A DNA stretch of 64,000 nt, taken from NCBI GenBank assembly GCA_001179505.1, contig CDMY01000301.1, positions 65,474 to 129,473 on the forward strand, in the 5' to 3' direction. This stretch comes from Vitrella brassicaformis CCMP3155. Taxonomy: Eukaryota > Protista > Chromerida. Position 1 is the stretch's first letter. Every line of letters starts with the position of its first letter. The notes under the pieces were generated by a model. The model was not told the origin of the DNA, ran no database searches, and was given only the letters and a program-made list of their open reading frames with translations. Positions 24,556-36,825 of the stretch are shown here, one piece after another. A program made the position numbers and the translations under genes.

Positions 24556-26466
24556 TTAGGAAGGAAGTTCTTCGGTCATGGCCCGGGCCATCTGCTCCTC
24601 CTCGCTGAGTCCTTCCTGCAGGTGCCCGGCTTGCTCAGCCTGAGCGGCCGACATGGGCTGCACAGCTGTCCCCGCGATCGTCCCGCCGCTCACCGACGCC
24701 CTTTCGGGGAACGCCTGCCGCCCGACACCCGCCTGTATCGCGCTCGCGCCAAATGCGGTGGCACGCCTCACACTGAAGGTTGCCACCAGCGGGAGGCCCG
24801 GCCGCGGCACGTCAAACCGCCACTCCCCACTCGTTCCTCCGGCGGTGCGTGTGACTGGGTCGGGGGCCTGAGGGTGGGGTGGCGTGAGCGACTGCAGGGC
24901 GATGGCCTGCACGTCGGCGATGCTGAGAACCAGCTGCTGGGTGGCCGTCAGGTCGTACGGCAAGGTAGCAGCTGGTGGGGGGAACTCGAGCCGGTACCTG
25001 CAGCGCCTCGGTGTGTCCTCGAGAATCGTGATGCTGAGCGAGCAGCACATACCACATACATACACACACATGATTCAGAACGAGATCCTCACTTTTTTTC
25101 CCACCGTTCCCTCCCCTAACCTACCCCAGTTGGTCCAATGACAGGTTTCGGTAGTACAGCTCCACGGCGCTCTCCACAGCACCTTGTCGCCTCTCCAGCA
25201 CTTCGCCTGCGCCCCTCTCCCTCTGGCGTCCCTGCCCGTCCTCGAACGGCTCACGCACCTGCATCGCGTCACTGATCGCCTGTGTGGGCAGGATCAGTCG
25301 GTTGACGTCGTCGTAGTGCTCGGCGCCTTGTGCCAGCGGGAGGGAGTGCATGGGCTGCTGTGAGTCGGGGCGGACCAGAGACACGTCCCATGGCTGCTGG
25401 CTGACGCCCTCGAGGCAGAGGGATGGCTTCCATATTTGGCTGGGATAGGGTGTGAGGGTGGCGCGGCCGGTCATCTTGCCGCCGTCACTGCGCTTGCCCA
25501 GGTCGATGCCCATGCGCACCTTCGTGCTGCGCAGGCTTGCTGTGCAGGCCTCCTTCACCCCGGGGAAAACGATGCCGACCTTGACGGATCCTGCGGGAAT
25601 GGTGACGTTGGTAGTGGTGGTCTTCGGGTGGTTGATGTAGTTGTGGTCCAACACCAACCGCTCCGAGTACTTCTTGGCACCCGTGCCTGGAGCGAACTCC
25701 AGCCCGCGGCAGCCGGGCGCGATGAGCTCGATGCGGGACACGCTCGCCATGAGGCCGGCTGAGGGACGCAACGGGAACATGTGCGATTCGTCGAACGTCA
25801 CAACGTTGAAGACACTCACAACCGGCTCACCCACAGGGCGAACGCTGACCAAACACACATACAGCATACATGCATTAATACATACATACACACCTTTCTT
25901 TCGTGTCTCACTCACCACATTTCTTTGTAGTCCATTTTCTCGTAGATGAACCCCACCAGCAGCGTCCGCGAGGCCGTCACGCGCTCCTGAGGGACCAGCA
26001 GGCGGACCGCTCCGGTGCTGCCATCAAACGCCCACATCGTCTGGTCCAACTCGTGGGCGTCGAGGCCGAGCACCCCTTCGTATTGGTTGTCGCTGGTCGG
26101 TCCCGACGCCACGCTGCCCGCAGCCGACTGCGCCACAAAAACCTTGCTGGGCTTCTTGCACACGTCGAATACGGCCAGCGACACACTCGAGTTGGCGGCT
26201 GCGGGCACGCCGCTGATGAGTCCCCACACAACCAACTTCAGCTGCACCACCCGTCCGAGGACATGGATCTTGACCACCCGCCGGTAGAGCTCAATGGATG
26301 TGAAGGCGCCCTGGTAGTCGCACTGGTCGGTGGGGGGGAGGGTGGCCATGGCCAGTCCGGAGGAGCTGCCAATGCAACACCAGCTGAGAGCGATGAAGGT
26401 ACTAGCGGTGGCCGCAGAAGATTTCGCTACGAGGACACGATACGAGGCACACGCGGAAGATTTCAT
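24556..26466 (-). CDS. Hypothetical protein (3 large exons), possible C-terminal UIM
   Basis: Long open exons 25912-26466, 25121-~25845 and 24556-~25035; ends LSEEEQMARAMTEELPS* (UIM-like). Confidence 0.6.
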
Positions 26467-26713
26467 CGAGAGCGGTTGGCGCTTGTCAACCGACCTTCAC
26501 AGCGCCATGCTCAAGCACTTCTTTCGCTGCTCAAGCGGTTTGCAATTCGTTTAACGAAACCCGCTTTTCCTAACTCGACAAAACCCTGCCTGCGGAGCCA
26601 GCCGCGGCTGAAGTAATGGATAGCATCGGCGGCCCTGCCAGCGGCGTGGCGACCCCAGCGGGCTCATTTCGGTTCGATCTCCGCAACCGCGCCACCCCGG
26701 ACCCCAGCTGTCG

Positions 26714-29700
26714 ATGAGTAGGCCAGCAGCTCCTCACACAACGCAGCCTCCCATTGCAGCAGAGGTGGAGCATCGGCTGCAGCTGGAGAATGAGCCGTCC
26801 TTCATTAGTGTGAAGTGGGTCGGGGGAGGCACGTCTGGTGAGGTGGTGCACGGCAAGTGGAAGGGGAGGCCGACGGCGTTCAAGGTCTTCAAACTGGACC
26901 AGCATGGACGAATAGACGCCCGGCAGGAAAGCAGTCGGCTCAACCACATCAAAGTCGCAGATGAGCCGCAGCTCTGGCGCAGCAGCGTCCCCTTCCCCAT
27001 GCCGTACGCTGACGCGCCTATCAGGGGGCAGCTGACCATGGCCGGACAGAAGCCAAGGGACCGCCTTGTCGTCCCCATGGAGTACCTCGGTAGGTGCGGG
27101 GTGGGTCATCGAGGGGAAAGATGCACTCACGGCACGGACAGATGGAGAGATCCCACACTACTTGCCCACATCGCCTTCTGTTCCTGTGCGTGAACCTGTG
27201 TGTGTGTGTGTGTGTGTGTGCAGACACTCCGCCTTACCTTACACTGACGGGCCTCATCCGGACTGGCTTCAACGTGCCCTCAATCGCCAAGAACTACCCC
27301 AATACCAACAGCGAAGACGAAATCGAGAGACAAGATGAGCGGATCGACGTGGCCGGCAGGCTGCTGGAGCTGCTGGCTGTCATGCTAGTCGTCGTCCGTG
27401 CGCACCGCGCCGCCTACGCCCTTGGCTTCGTCTGCACCGATCACGTCACCAGCGACACCTTCCTCCACGTCGACCTTGTCGAAGCCGTCAAATGGGATAA
27501 GGTCGCCGATCTCCCCGGCTCGATACCCACCATCGGCAAGCTGGTCGACACCATCGCCGTCGTCCTCCTCACCACCCCTCTCCCCCCTCTCCCCCCTCTC
27601 CCCCCCACCCCGTCATTCCTCGGCGACAGCATTGCCACCGTGCCCTTCCGCTACGAGCGCCGCATCGAAGTGTCCCAGTTCCCCACTGGCAAGCCCTTCC
27701 AGGAGTCCCCAGAGGTGGCTGTCTATGCCGTCGAAGACTACAAGCAGAAGGGCCTTCTGTCGGACCTCTTCGGCAACAACAGACAAAGAGAGATTGACGA
27801 CATCGTCAAGGCGGAGGAGGCGCTGCTGGCTCGGTGGCGGCCCCTCGGGCTTGTGGTATCTGACAGCGGCGGGCAGGGAGGGAGCGGGGAGGCATGTGTC
27901 ATCGGCAGACCGACCTCGACGTTCAACCTGGGCATGTGCCTCCAGACCCTGTTTAGGGGGGAGACGCTGCTGGACTGGTCTTGCGGGGTAGCGGCGCCAG
28001 AGGAGGTCACTGAGACGGAGGCCCAGAAGGCCGACCGGGAGCGCAGCGAGTGCGCTGCGGGCAAGAAGGCGCTGTTCGAGTGGGAGAAGACACTGGCCGA
28101 CATCTGCGACGACAAGGGGTACCCCGTGCTGAGGGAGGGGGTGGAGTCGCTGAGGGAGAGGGCCGACAGGGAGGAGGGCATGCAGTGGCTGGCAGAGGTC
28201 CTCGACCCCATCGCAAGCCTCTCGCGCAAGGCCATCTCGACGCACCCGGCTGACCGAGGCCATCCAGAGGACCTCGAGAACGCTGTCCTCGCCGGCCTGC
28301 AGAGACTGCGGACCGTCATAGTTCGGCTGAACGTACACACAAGACCCACCCACTCACTCAACCGCTGTTGTCGGTATCCATAGGTTTGTGTGTTATGCTC
28401 ACAGGCCGAGTGCGCCAATTGTATGGCGGCGGCCGCACATGATACCGCTCAGGTACGCCGTCCCCACACACGACGCTCATGTGGCTGGATGACGAGACTG
28501 GTGGCGTGGCCTGTGGTGCCTGTCAGGAGGATCTATCGGTGCCTGCGGCCACTGACCAACGAGAGCCGGCGGTCAGCCCAACCAGACACAGATTTGGGAA
28601 TGAGTCCGTGCAGATGTGCACTGTGTTGATTGGGTGCAGTTGCAGCGGGAGGACTTGGAGCCCATGCCGGCAGGCACCGCAGCTGATGAGAGACAGGTGT
28701 GTTGCACACCAGCACACCCACACACATCTGTGGAGTTGATCTGTGTGTGGGTGTGCTCTGCAGGTAGACCCTGACGGTCGACTTAGCAGCATTGCCTTCG
28801 TAGCGTTGAGTTTGCCGATGACGGAGCTGGCCGACAAGTGCCGGCGGGAGCCGGCGGAGCGTCGCATGGCCTTAGTCCACGAGCACAAGCAGCAGATCGT
28901 CGATTACATTAGTGAGTGGTTGGTTGGTTGGTTGGGCGAGAGAGAGAGAAGCGATGAGCTGGGGGTGGGGAAACCTTTCTACCTCCCTCTGTGTCCCAAT
29001 CTGTTCCAGCTTACGTGGAAGGGCACCACACGGCGGGCAGACTCCGCCCCCACATGTGTGGTGTGGTAGTCGAGACAATGATGGCCCTCATCAAGGCGGG
29101 CGGGCTGTACGCCCCACCGACACCGGCACCACCACAGGTCATTCACATCTACACGCAACCACATGGAAGTCACAATCAACGAGTCCAATATTGAATGGGC
29201 TCATTGCTTTCGCCGTGGGTATACAGGGTCCCCCACCTGCGCCCGCCGGAGGATCGCCTTGCCGGCCGCAGCAGACGTCCAACCACTCAAGGACTTCTCC
29301 ACAAGTACTTGCGTAGAGAAAGTGGCTGCCTGTCTGCCGTCTTTTGATGGTTCTCGTGTTGTGCTGTGCCGGTGTCAGGTTGCCAGTGGTGGAGGGTCGA
29401 TGTGTTCGGTGACGGCATTCTCGTGCCTGCAGGTCATACACACACAAACAGACACATACGGACGGACGGACAGAGAGACAGAGAGATCGACATCCATCCA
29501 TCCATTCGCGTATCTCTCTGTCTGTCTGTCTGTCTGATTTCAGCCCCGGGCGTCCTCGCGGCCAGTGCCTCATCCACCTTTCTGTCCTGCCCTGGCCCCA
29601 CAGCCTGCAGCCGTCCAGCCTCGCCCCCCATCATCCCACGTCAAGAGGCGCCTGCGGGGCGGAGGAAGCTGTGGACGAAAGCCCTGGGGGAGGGTTTGGT

Positions 29701-29803
29701 GATTGACACAGATGAGGTGGCCAGCGACGGCAAGTGGAGCATGGACCATGTCAGGGCCTTCACTGCACTTCGTGGGGGGGAAGCCGTATGGCCCCTCGAC
29801 TGA
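26714..29803 (+). CDS. Divergent protein-kinase-fold protein (probable pseudokinase) with long C-terminal region
   Basis: VGGGTSGEV (Gly loop), TAFKVF (VAIK-like), VPMEYLG (hinge), FVCTDHVTSDT in place of HRDxxxxN, no DFG, STFNLG (subdomain IX-like), HPADRG (XI-like). The 3' exons are less certain. Confidence 0.55.
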
Positions 29804-31821
29804 CAGACAGGACGGAGGGAGGGAGGGAGCTGTACAGCGATGTGTCGCTGTGTAGCGGACGGCACGATGGATACACGCCTTCCTTGTGTTGTATCTATCG
29901 TTTGGATCGGCTGGTGTTCAGTTCATGGGGTTGGTGTGACACTGTGAATAGCTACAACCTCAACCAAGTGAGTGCGTTGATCATTCGATAGCTCATGCAC
30001 GGACAAATGGAGCATGCGACTGCCCGCCTATGCATGAGTCGCTGTGGCGGTGGCAGTGGCGTGCTCGCTCATCGGTCCTCTGCACATGGTGCAATAAATC
30101 AGTGTATCAACCAGTGACTTGATCAGGTCATGCCATCCCGGTGCAAAAAGAGTCTGCAGCAATAGCAGCAATTACACCGACGAGCATCCATCCAACTAGA
30201 GACATTCATGAAACCCTCGATCCCCCCTAGGCCTTCGTGCCGTGTCTTTTGCAGAGAGGGACGGGTGCATACCACACAACATACACACGCACAAGCATCG
30301 CCCACCCACCCCACAATACACAGACAGGTTCGCCCTCACCCACACGTGACAGACACGTGCACAAAGCCACCTACACACCCCACCTACACACGCGGCTAGA
30401 AACAGACAGACAGACAGACCAACCCACATAGTCGCATATACAATGGATGATATCGATCGAATCCATACAATGCACAGCAGGGGGACACTTCCGCTGTGCA
30501 TGACCCCACACACACGAAGAAAGTCCTTTCCCTTTCTTGTCGAATGCACACAAGCAAGAGGGCCCAAAATGTGTCTCTCTGCTTGCACGTGTTCATGGTG
30601 CGTGAGTGCGTTTACCAGGCAGGCAGGCAGGCAGGCATTCACTCAGGTCATGCATGAGTCAGCCAAGGGCGGGCATACCACGTGTGTGCACCTGGGGTGC
30701 TTTCGCCCTATGGGTCGGTGGTAGGAAGCAACCAAGCAACCAAGCAAGCAGGGAGACAACAGGAACAGACACAGACGAGGCATTCAATCAAGCCAACCAG
30801 GCCATCCATCCATCAAGTAAATTGGGAGTGTCTCTTGTTTGCGAGACCTCCTACACACACCACACACACACAAACGGGCAAACGCACAAATTCCACACGA
30901 ACAGACCGACAGACCGACCGACCGACCGACCGACAGACACATCCATCCATGGTATCAACCACTGCGATCCGTCCATCCCATTCGTCCATCCATCCATTGA
31001 TTCGGCAGCCATGAAGGGCTCAACTAAATCAACGGCTCCAAAAAACACTCTGATAGGCACTTTCTGACACAATGAACAGACAAGACACCCAGACAGACAG
31101 ACAGACAGACACCCAGATAGACAGACAGGCAGACAGGACAAACGGCAGAAAAACCACAAACCGACCCTTACAAGAGATCACGCAGCAAATTCGGGCAGCC
31201 TGTGGCTGTCCTTTCCGCCATCACAGCACCAATCACAGCGCATGACATCACATCGCCCTTGCCGCCACTTGATGTGCCTTGTGTGTAGCACATGAGTGGG
31301 GGAGGGTGGGACAAAGCAGAGTGCACCAAGTCACCAAGTGTGTAAGGGGCAATCAACCATGTATGTGCCAATCTGTCTACCAGCCTTGCAAAATGGTTGA
31401 TAAAACCGTAAGTAAAAAATTGTAAATGGCCAGCCAGCCAGCCAGCCAGCCAGCTTTTCCCCCGTTGGAACGGAACATGCACCCACCCCTCCCCACCCAC
31501 CCACCCACCCCCGCCCGGCTACAGGTACACAGCCCGTAAGGTACGCACTCGCTCGTCTTGATAAACGTACACCCGCACAGCCCTCGTCGCACCTTGCACC
31601 GTGCACACCAGCACCAATACTCATCGCGGCATCAGCGAAAAATGTGGTCGTTCACTCATTCTCGTCTGCCGACACAGACGGACAAGGGGAGGGATAGCAA
31701 AAACACCAAGTGCTCATAAGCACTCACTCATTCGTGGGGAGGGACTGCCGCCGGGGTGTACGTAGGCACATGAACATGCACATTGGAAAAAGACGAGTGA
31801 GTCATGATGTTTGCAGGGGGG

Positions 31822-32121
31822 NNNNNNNNNNNNNNNNNNNNNNNNNNNNNNNNNNNNNNNNNNNNNNNNNNNNNNNNNNNNNNNNNNNNNNNNNNNNNNN
31901 NNNNNNNNNNNNNNNNNNNNNNNNNNNNNNNNNNNNNNNNNNNNNNNNNNNNNNNNNNNNNNNNNNNNNNNNNNNNNNNNNNNNNNNNNNNNNNNNNNNN
32001 NNNNNNNNNNNNNNNNNNNNNNNNNNNNNNNNNNNNNNNNNNNNNNNNNNNNNNNNNNNNNNNNNNNNNNNNNNNNNNNNNNNNNNNNNNNNNNNNNNNN
32101 NNNNNNNNNNNNNNNNNNNNN
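31822..32121. other. Assembly gap (300 N) flanked by G-runs
   Basis: Run of N. Confidence 1.
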
Positions 32122-32231
32122 GGGGGGGGGAGGACGGGGACGGACGGGCAGAGCGAGTGAGTAGGCAGCCATGTTACATGCACACGCCCATACCTCCCTC
32201 CCTCTCCCGTCCCTCCCTGTGTGTGTGTGTG

Positions 32232-35200
32232 TCAGTAGAAGTTATTCAGTGACTCGAGCATATAGTGGACGGCCGAACAGTCACCCGTATATCCTGTTTG
32301 AACGACAGGCAGCAGACCGAAAAGGGTGTGTGCGTTGTCCTGTTCCCCATGTCAGTGTCAGTGTGTGCGAACCGTCGTACCGTTGTGCGATATGATGTTG
32401 TCAGGCCGTATGAGCACGAACGCCCCCGGGTGTTTGGGCATCGAGATACCGAGCTTGTAGTTGCGCTTGAATTCGCCCTTCAGATCCCACCTAAACACAC
32501 ACAAACCAGACCCGCATTTCCGCCAACCACGTCTGGTTTTTCCAACCACGTCTGGTTTTTCCCTCGCTCACTGACCCCATCTCGAGGTCCATAGTCGAGA
32601 AGGCGCTGCCCATGGTGTGTTCGAATTTCATCCTGACCTGCAATGTCCCCTCACATACTGTCTGCCATGTCCTTCACCCACCATCACAGGCCACTGACCT
32701 GCTTGAACACCTCCGACAGCGCCGTGCCCTCCAGCTGCGGCATGAGGGAGGGGTGTTGAGGGCACAGCAGCAGCACCGACCGGACTCCCCCTGACGGCGA
32801 TGTGGCCGAGACGGTGCCCAGCCGCTGCATCACGTTGGTCGCCGTCTTGATCAGATACAGCATCGTCTTGCTCACTATCACGGAAGGAAGATACACGGCA
32901 ATCAAGACCATGTATATGTGGCTTTCGTGTAGGGTTGAGAGCCGTACTGATGTTGTCGGGTGTGCCGGGTGCCACAGGGTCTTCGCAGGGGTCCCACGGC
33001 AGGAGGCAGCCGGTGGATGGGTCGCAGCACACGGAGCAAGTGCCGAGCATGCCCGCCGATGCGCTGTCGGGCGGTAGGGGGACGCACGCGGCCAGTATGA
33101 GTGTGTATGAGGTGCGCAGGATGATCTGGTGCAGCCGCGTCGACTTGAGGTTGTTGTTCTCATCAACCTGATCAAGGAAGGACACGTGTCTGTGTGTGTT
33201 GGCTGGGATTCTCGGCTCTTGCGCGTCCTTCCTGACCACTCCGATGATGGCATCAGGTGCCCGTTTGCCAGGCGGTATGGCGCACGAGAGCACATTGGAC
33301 TGGCCGATGAAACTCCGACCCACCAACATGCTGACCAATGCAGGCGAAAAACACAAGGACATGCAGCCGAGGATGACACGTGTATGTGTGCCTGTCTGTC
33401 TGTACATACTTGTCCTGCTGATATCTGAGTTCGGTGTTGGCCATGGCTTTGGAGAGCGCTCGAGTGACGCAGGGTGGCTTGAACAGGTGCGGCAGGATGG
33501 CCTTGAGGACCCACGTGTTCCAGGTGTTCGGCTTGGCCTCCACCAGCTCCTTGAAACCCATCGACGTATAGCGTACCATCAGCTCTACACACACATTATG
33601 ATGAAATCCCCCCCATGTGCATGTGTGTCGTTGTGTCTTTGCCCTCACCTCCGAGCGGCCTTCTCTCTTGGTCGTATGTCTCGAGCAGCGATGTGTAGGC
33701 CCCCTTGAGGACGTATGACAGCTTCCACGCGAGGTTCATGGCGTCCTGCATGCCCACATTGAGACCCTGGTAAAAGAACACACTGTACACACTGAGAACA
33801 CTTGGGTGGCCGTTATGTGTACAGTGTACACAGCCCCCAAGTCTGAGCTCGCTTCAACCACTGCACCTGGTAGCCGAGGGGCGGCCCGCAGTGGGCGGCA
33901 TCACCTGCACAGCCACAGAGAAGGGTTGGTGTCTCAAGGCGTGTCGGGAGTGGTCCTGTCGTCTGCTGTTGTGCTTACCGACGATGAAAGCGTTGCCGCA
34001 CGAGTACGCGGCAGCACATCTGGAGTGGAGTGGGTAGACGTCCCGCCAGTGCACCTCGAGCAACTCAGCACCTGGCACCACCTGCACGCACGCCACGCCA
34101 CGGCACAAACCAAGGACACACAAACCACATGATGCACCGTACCCGATGAGAATCGATCCATCCCTACCTGTGTGATCATGGCCTCCATCTCTTTGACAAC
34201 GGGTGACAGCGGGTCCCAGTCGTTGCTGAGCATCACAGCGGGGTCGACGGCCGTCTGCCTGACCATGACCACACGCCACCTGTCGCCCTTGACGTTGAGG
34301 CAGCAGATCAGCCCCCCGTTCGCCGACAGGAAGTGCCACTTAGACTGGTCGGGAGGATCGCTAGGCACACCCCTGATATATACATACAACACACACATGG
34401 ACAGACAACAAAACACGCGTCGTGATTGCAATGATGTGCTCCGCGTGGGCTGGCTGTTTGGCCGGCGGTGGGTTGGGTCACCCACCATTTGATGCGCACA
34501 TCGCTGTCAATGAATCTGTGTGGGAGAGAATAGAGATAACATGGAAGATGTAGACCTGTTGTTGCTGGCAGCCATCTGTGTGGCTTACTGGTAGGGCAGG
34601 CTGCTTCCCGGGAAGCTAATCCCCAGGTGCTGCCGCACTTTGCTCGCAGCACCGTCGCAGCCCACAAGAAAGCGCCCCTTGATGGTCACCGGCTCCCCGC
34701 TCAATTGCAGCTGAGTGTTGCTGTTGGCCAGCCCGTTGGCGCGTACATCGATGAGCTCCTCGGTGAGTGTGTACGGCTGCACCGTGACCGACGCCCCCTC
34801 GTCAGGCAGGAGGCCCGCGTTCATCTTGTGGATGTGCAAGGGACGCTTGATCTTGTCGGGACCTAAAAGACACACACAAACAGATGGACACACATATGCG
34901 TCCGCGCGTGTGTCTGTGTGTCAGTGTGTGTGGGTACCGATGATGTCCATGAGGGCCTGCTCGATTTCGTTTTCAGGCACGAGGATTGGGTATTTGAAGT
35001 GGCTGTTTTCGCACTTTGCGAAGTCCCAGTCGATGACACAGGAGCCGTCCACAAACAGCCGCTCGCCCATCACGCGCTTCGTCGACTCACTGCGCAAGAT
35101 CTCATCCATCACACCCAACTCTGATAGAGTCACCACACACGGACACACACACACACACACACTGTGTGCGTTGCACTGCCTTCCTCTCGTCTCTGCTGTT

Positions 35201-35682
35201 GGTGTGCGTACGTTCGAGTATTTCCTGCGTGCGGGCATGGATGGTCTGCGGTCTGGTGATGGGAATGACGCGGGGGCATCGGTCAATCACCACAAACGAC
35301 ACGCCCCTCTTGGTCAAATCGGCCGCAAGCGACAATCCAGTTGGACCTGACAGGAGAAACAACACCCACAACACGCACAAGTCAATCTGTCTGTCCACCG
35401 CAGCAGCCAATCTGTCTGTCTCCCTTCCGGCCGGATCAGATCCCCCGCTCACCCACCTGCTCCAATGATGATGACGTCCACGAAAGGTGGGATGTCCTCC
35501 ACTGCATAGTAAGCCAAAGTGCGATACTTGTCGATGGCGAGGCGGCCGTATGGCGAGGGCAGGCTGCTGGCTGTGCTCTGCTGTGTGATGCTGATGGACT
35601 TGTCCCCGATGGTGGAGGTGGACGCGTGCGGGTCCAGCAGGTGCGGATCTCGGCTCACTCGGGTGGTCATTACTGTGCTCAT
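32232..35682 (-). CDS. FAD-dependent aromatic monooxygenase (class A, PheA/TfdB-like), multi-exon
   Basis: VIIIGAG|PTGL (GxGxxG), [12 protein letters not shown] (DG), G|[12 protein letters not shown]|[16 protein letters not shown] (GD), [15 protein letters not shown]-terminal VLIRPDN. Confidence 0.9.
32523..32560. repeat. 19-bp direct repeat x2 (CCAACCACGTCTGGTTTTT), intronic
   Basis: Two adjacent copies seen. Confidence 0.8.
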
Positions 35683-35717
35683 CGCGTTCACAAAACCGCC
35701 TCTCCTTTGCAAATCTA

Positions 35718-35725
35718 AGCTCGCA
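35718..35725 (+). promoter_or_regulatory. AGCTCGCA motif in the monooxygenase/EF-P spacer
   Basis: Exact motif, centred in an 80-bp spacer. Confidence 0.55.
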
Positions 35726-35762
35726 GATGTCGATCGGCGAAAAATCGGCAAAAGGCGCTGAA

Positions 35763-36825
35763 ATGACGTGCAAATGCACCATGATAGTCCTTGTGGTCGT
35801 CTTTGCAACGATCTTCAAAGAGATCCATGCCTTCATGCTCCACAGTGGAGCACAGAGCGGCTTGCTTCAACGTAAGACACAGGCAGACAGCACAAGAGAT
35901 GCAAAAGGGCTGCAACCACCCTGTCGGTGTGTTTGTGTATGCCACTCCAGGCCCTCTTGCGTCTCTGCGTCGCTCGCGAGGCCGGCCGGACAGTGCTGGT
36001 CTGTTCATGGTGATCAGCACGGCTGACTTCAAGCCGGGTGTGACTATTGAGCTCGACGGCTCACCGATGAAGGTGGTGGAATTCAACATACAAAAGATGG
36101 GACGGGGCGGGTCGTTCGTGAGGACCAAACTCAGGAACATGCTCACGGGGACAACCATTGACCACTCATTCAGGTCAGAGAGCAGCACACAGGGAAGGAA
36201 ACAGGGAGGAGGGCAATCGCATGAGTCTCTGTGTCCGTGTGTTTGTGTCTGTGTGTGTGCAGGGGCGGCGAGAAGGTGGAGGAGGCGATGATAGAGAAGG
36301 TGCCGTTGTTGTACAGCTATGACACGCCCGACGGCCTGGTGTTCCAGAACACCGAAACATGGGAGGACTGCACCGTGTCGCGGAAGCAGCTCACTGACGC
36401 CATTCCATACCTCAAAGACGGCATGGAAGTCACTGTAAGTCAGCCGAAACAGCCACTATGACAGCAGCGAGCCTCACTGTGGCGTGTGTGTGTGCGTCGT
36501 TTATCGATGATGCAGGTGATGATGTGGAAGGATCAGGTGGTGGATGTGGCATTGCCGGCAACGGTCTCTTTTGAAGTGACAGAGACGGGAATCGCTGCAG
36601 ACAGGGCGGCAGCAAGTAGGCATAGCGTGATGTCACGGCCAGCGTGTGAAGGCGCGCGCCTCTCACTGTCTGGGTATCTATCTCTGTGCTTATAAATATT
36701 ATATATCAGGTCGGAAGCCGGCGACACTGGAGACGGGATTGACGGTGAATGTGCCGGCGTATGTGAATACGGGTGATGTGGTGGAGGTCAACACACAGAC
36801 CGGCGAGTTCGTCAAGAGGGTCTAG
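35763..36825 (+). CDS. efp: Translation elongation factor P, plastid-targeted (bipartite leader)
   Basis: [38 protein letters not shown]|[41 protein letters not shown]. Hydrophobic signal [18 protein letters not shown] followed by a Ser/Arg-rich transit-like segment. Confidence 0.9.

Noticed and set aside
20459-28418. Long antisense ORFs over GC-rich exons (e.g. 20587-21042, 27613-28353, also 54802-55731)
   Set aside because: Shadow frames of real GC3-rich coding exons; no motifs or splice support.
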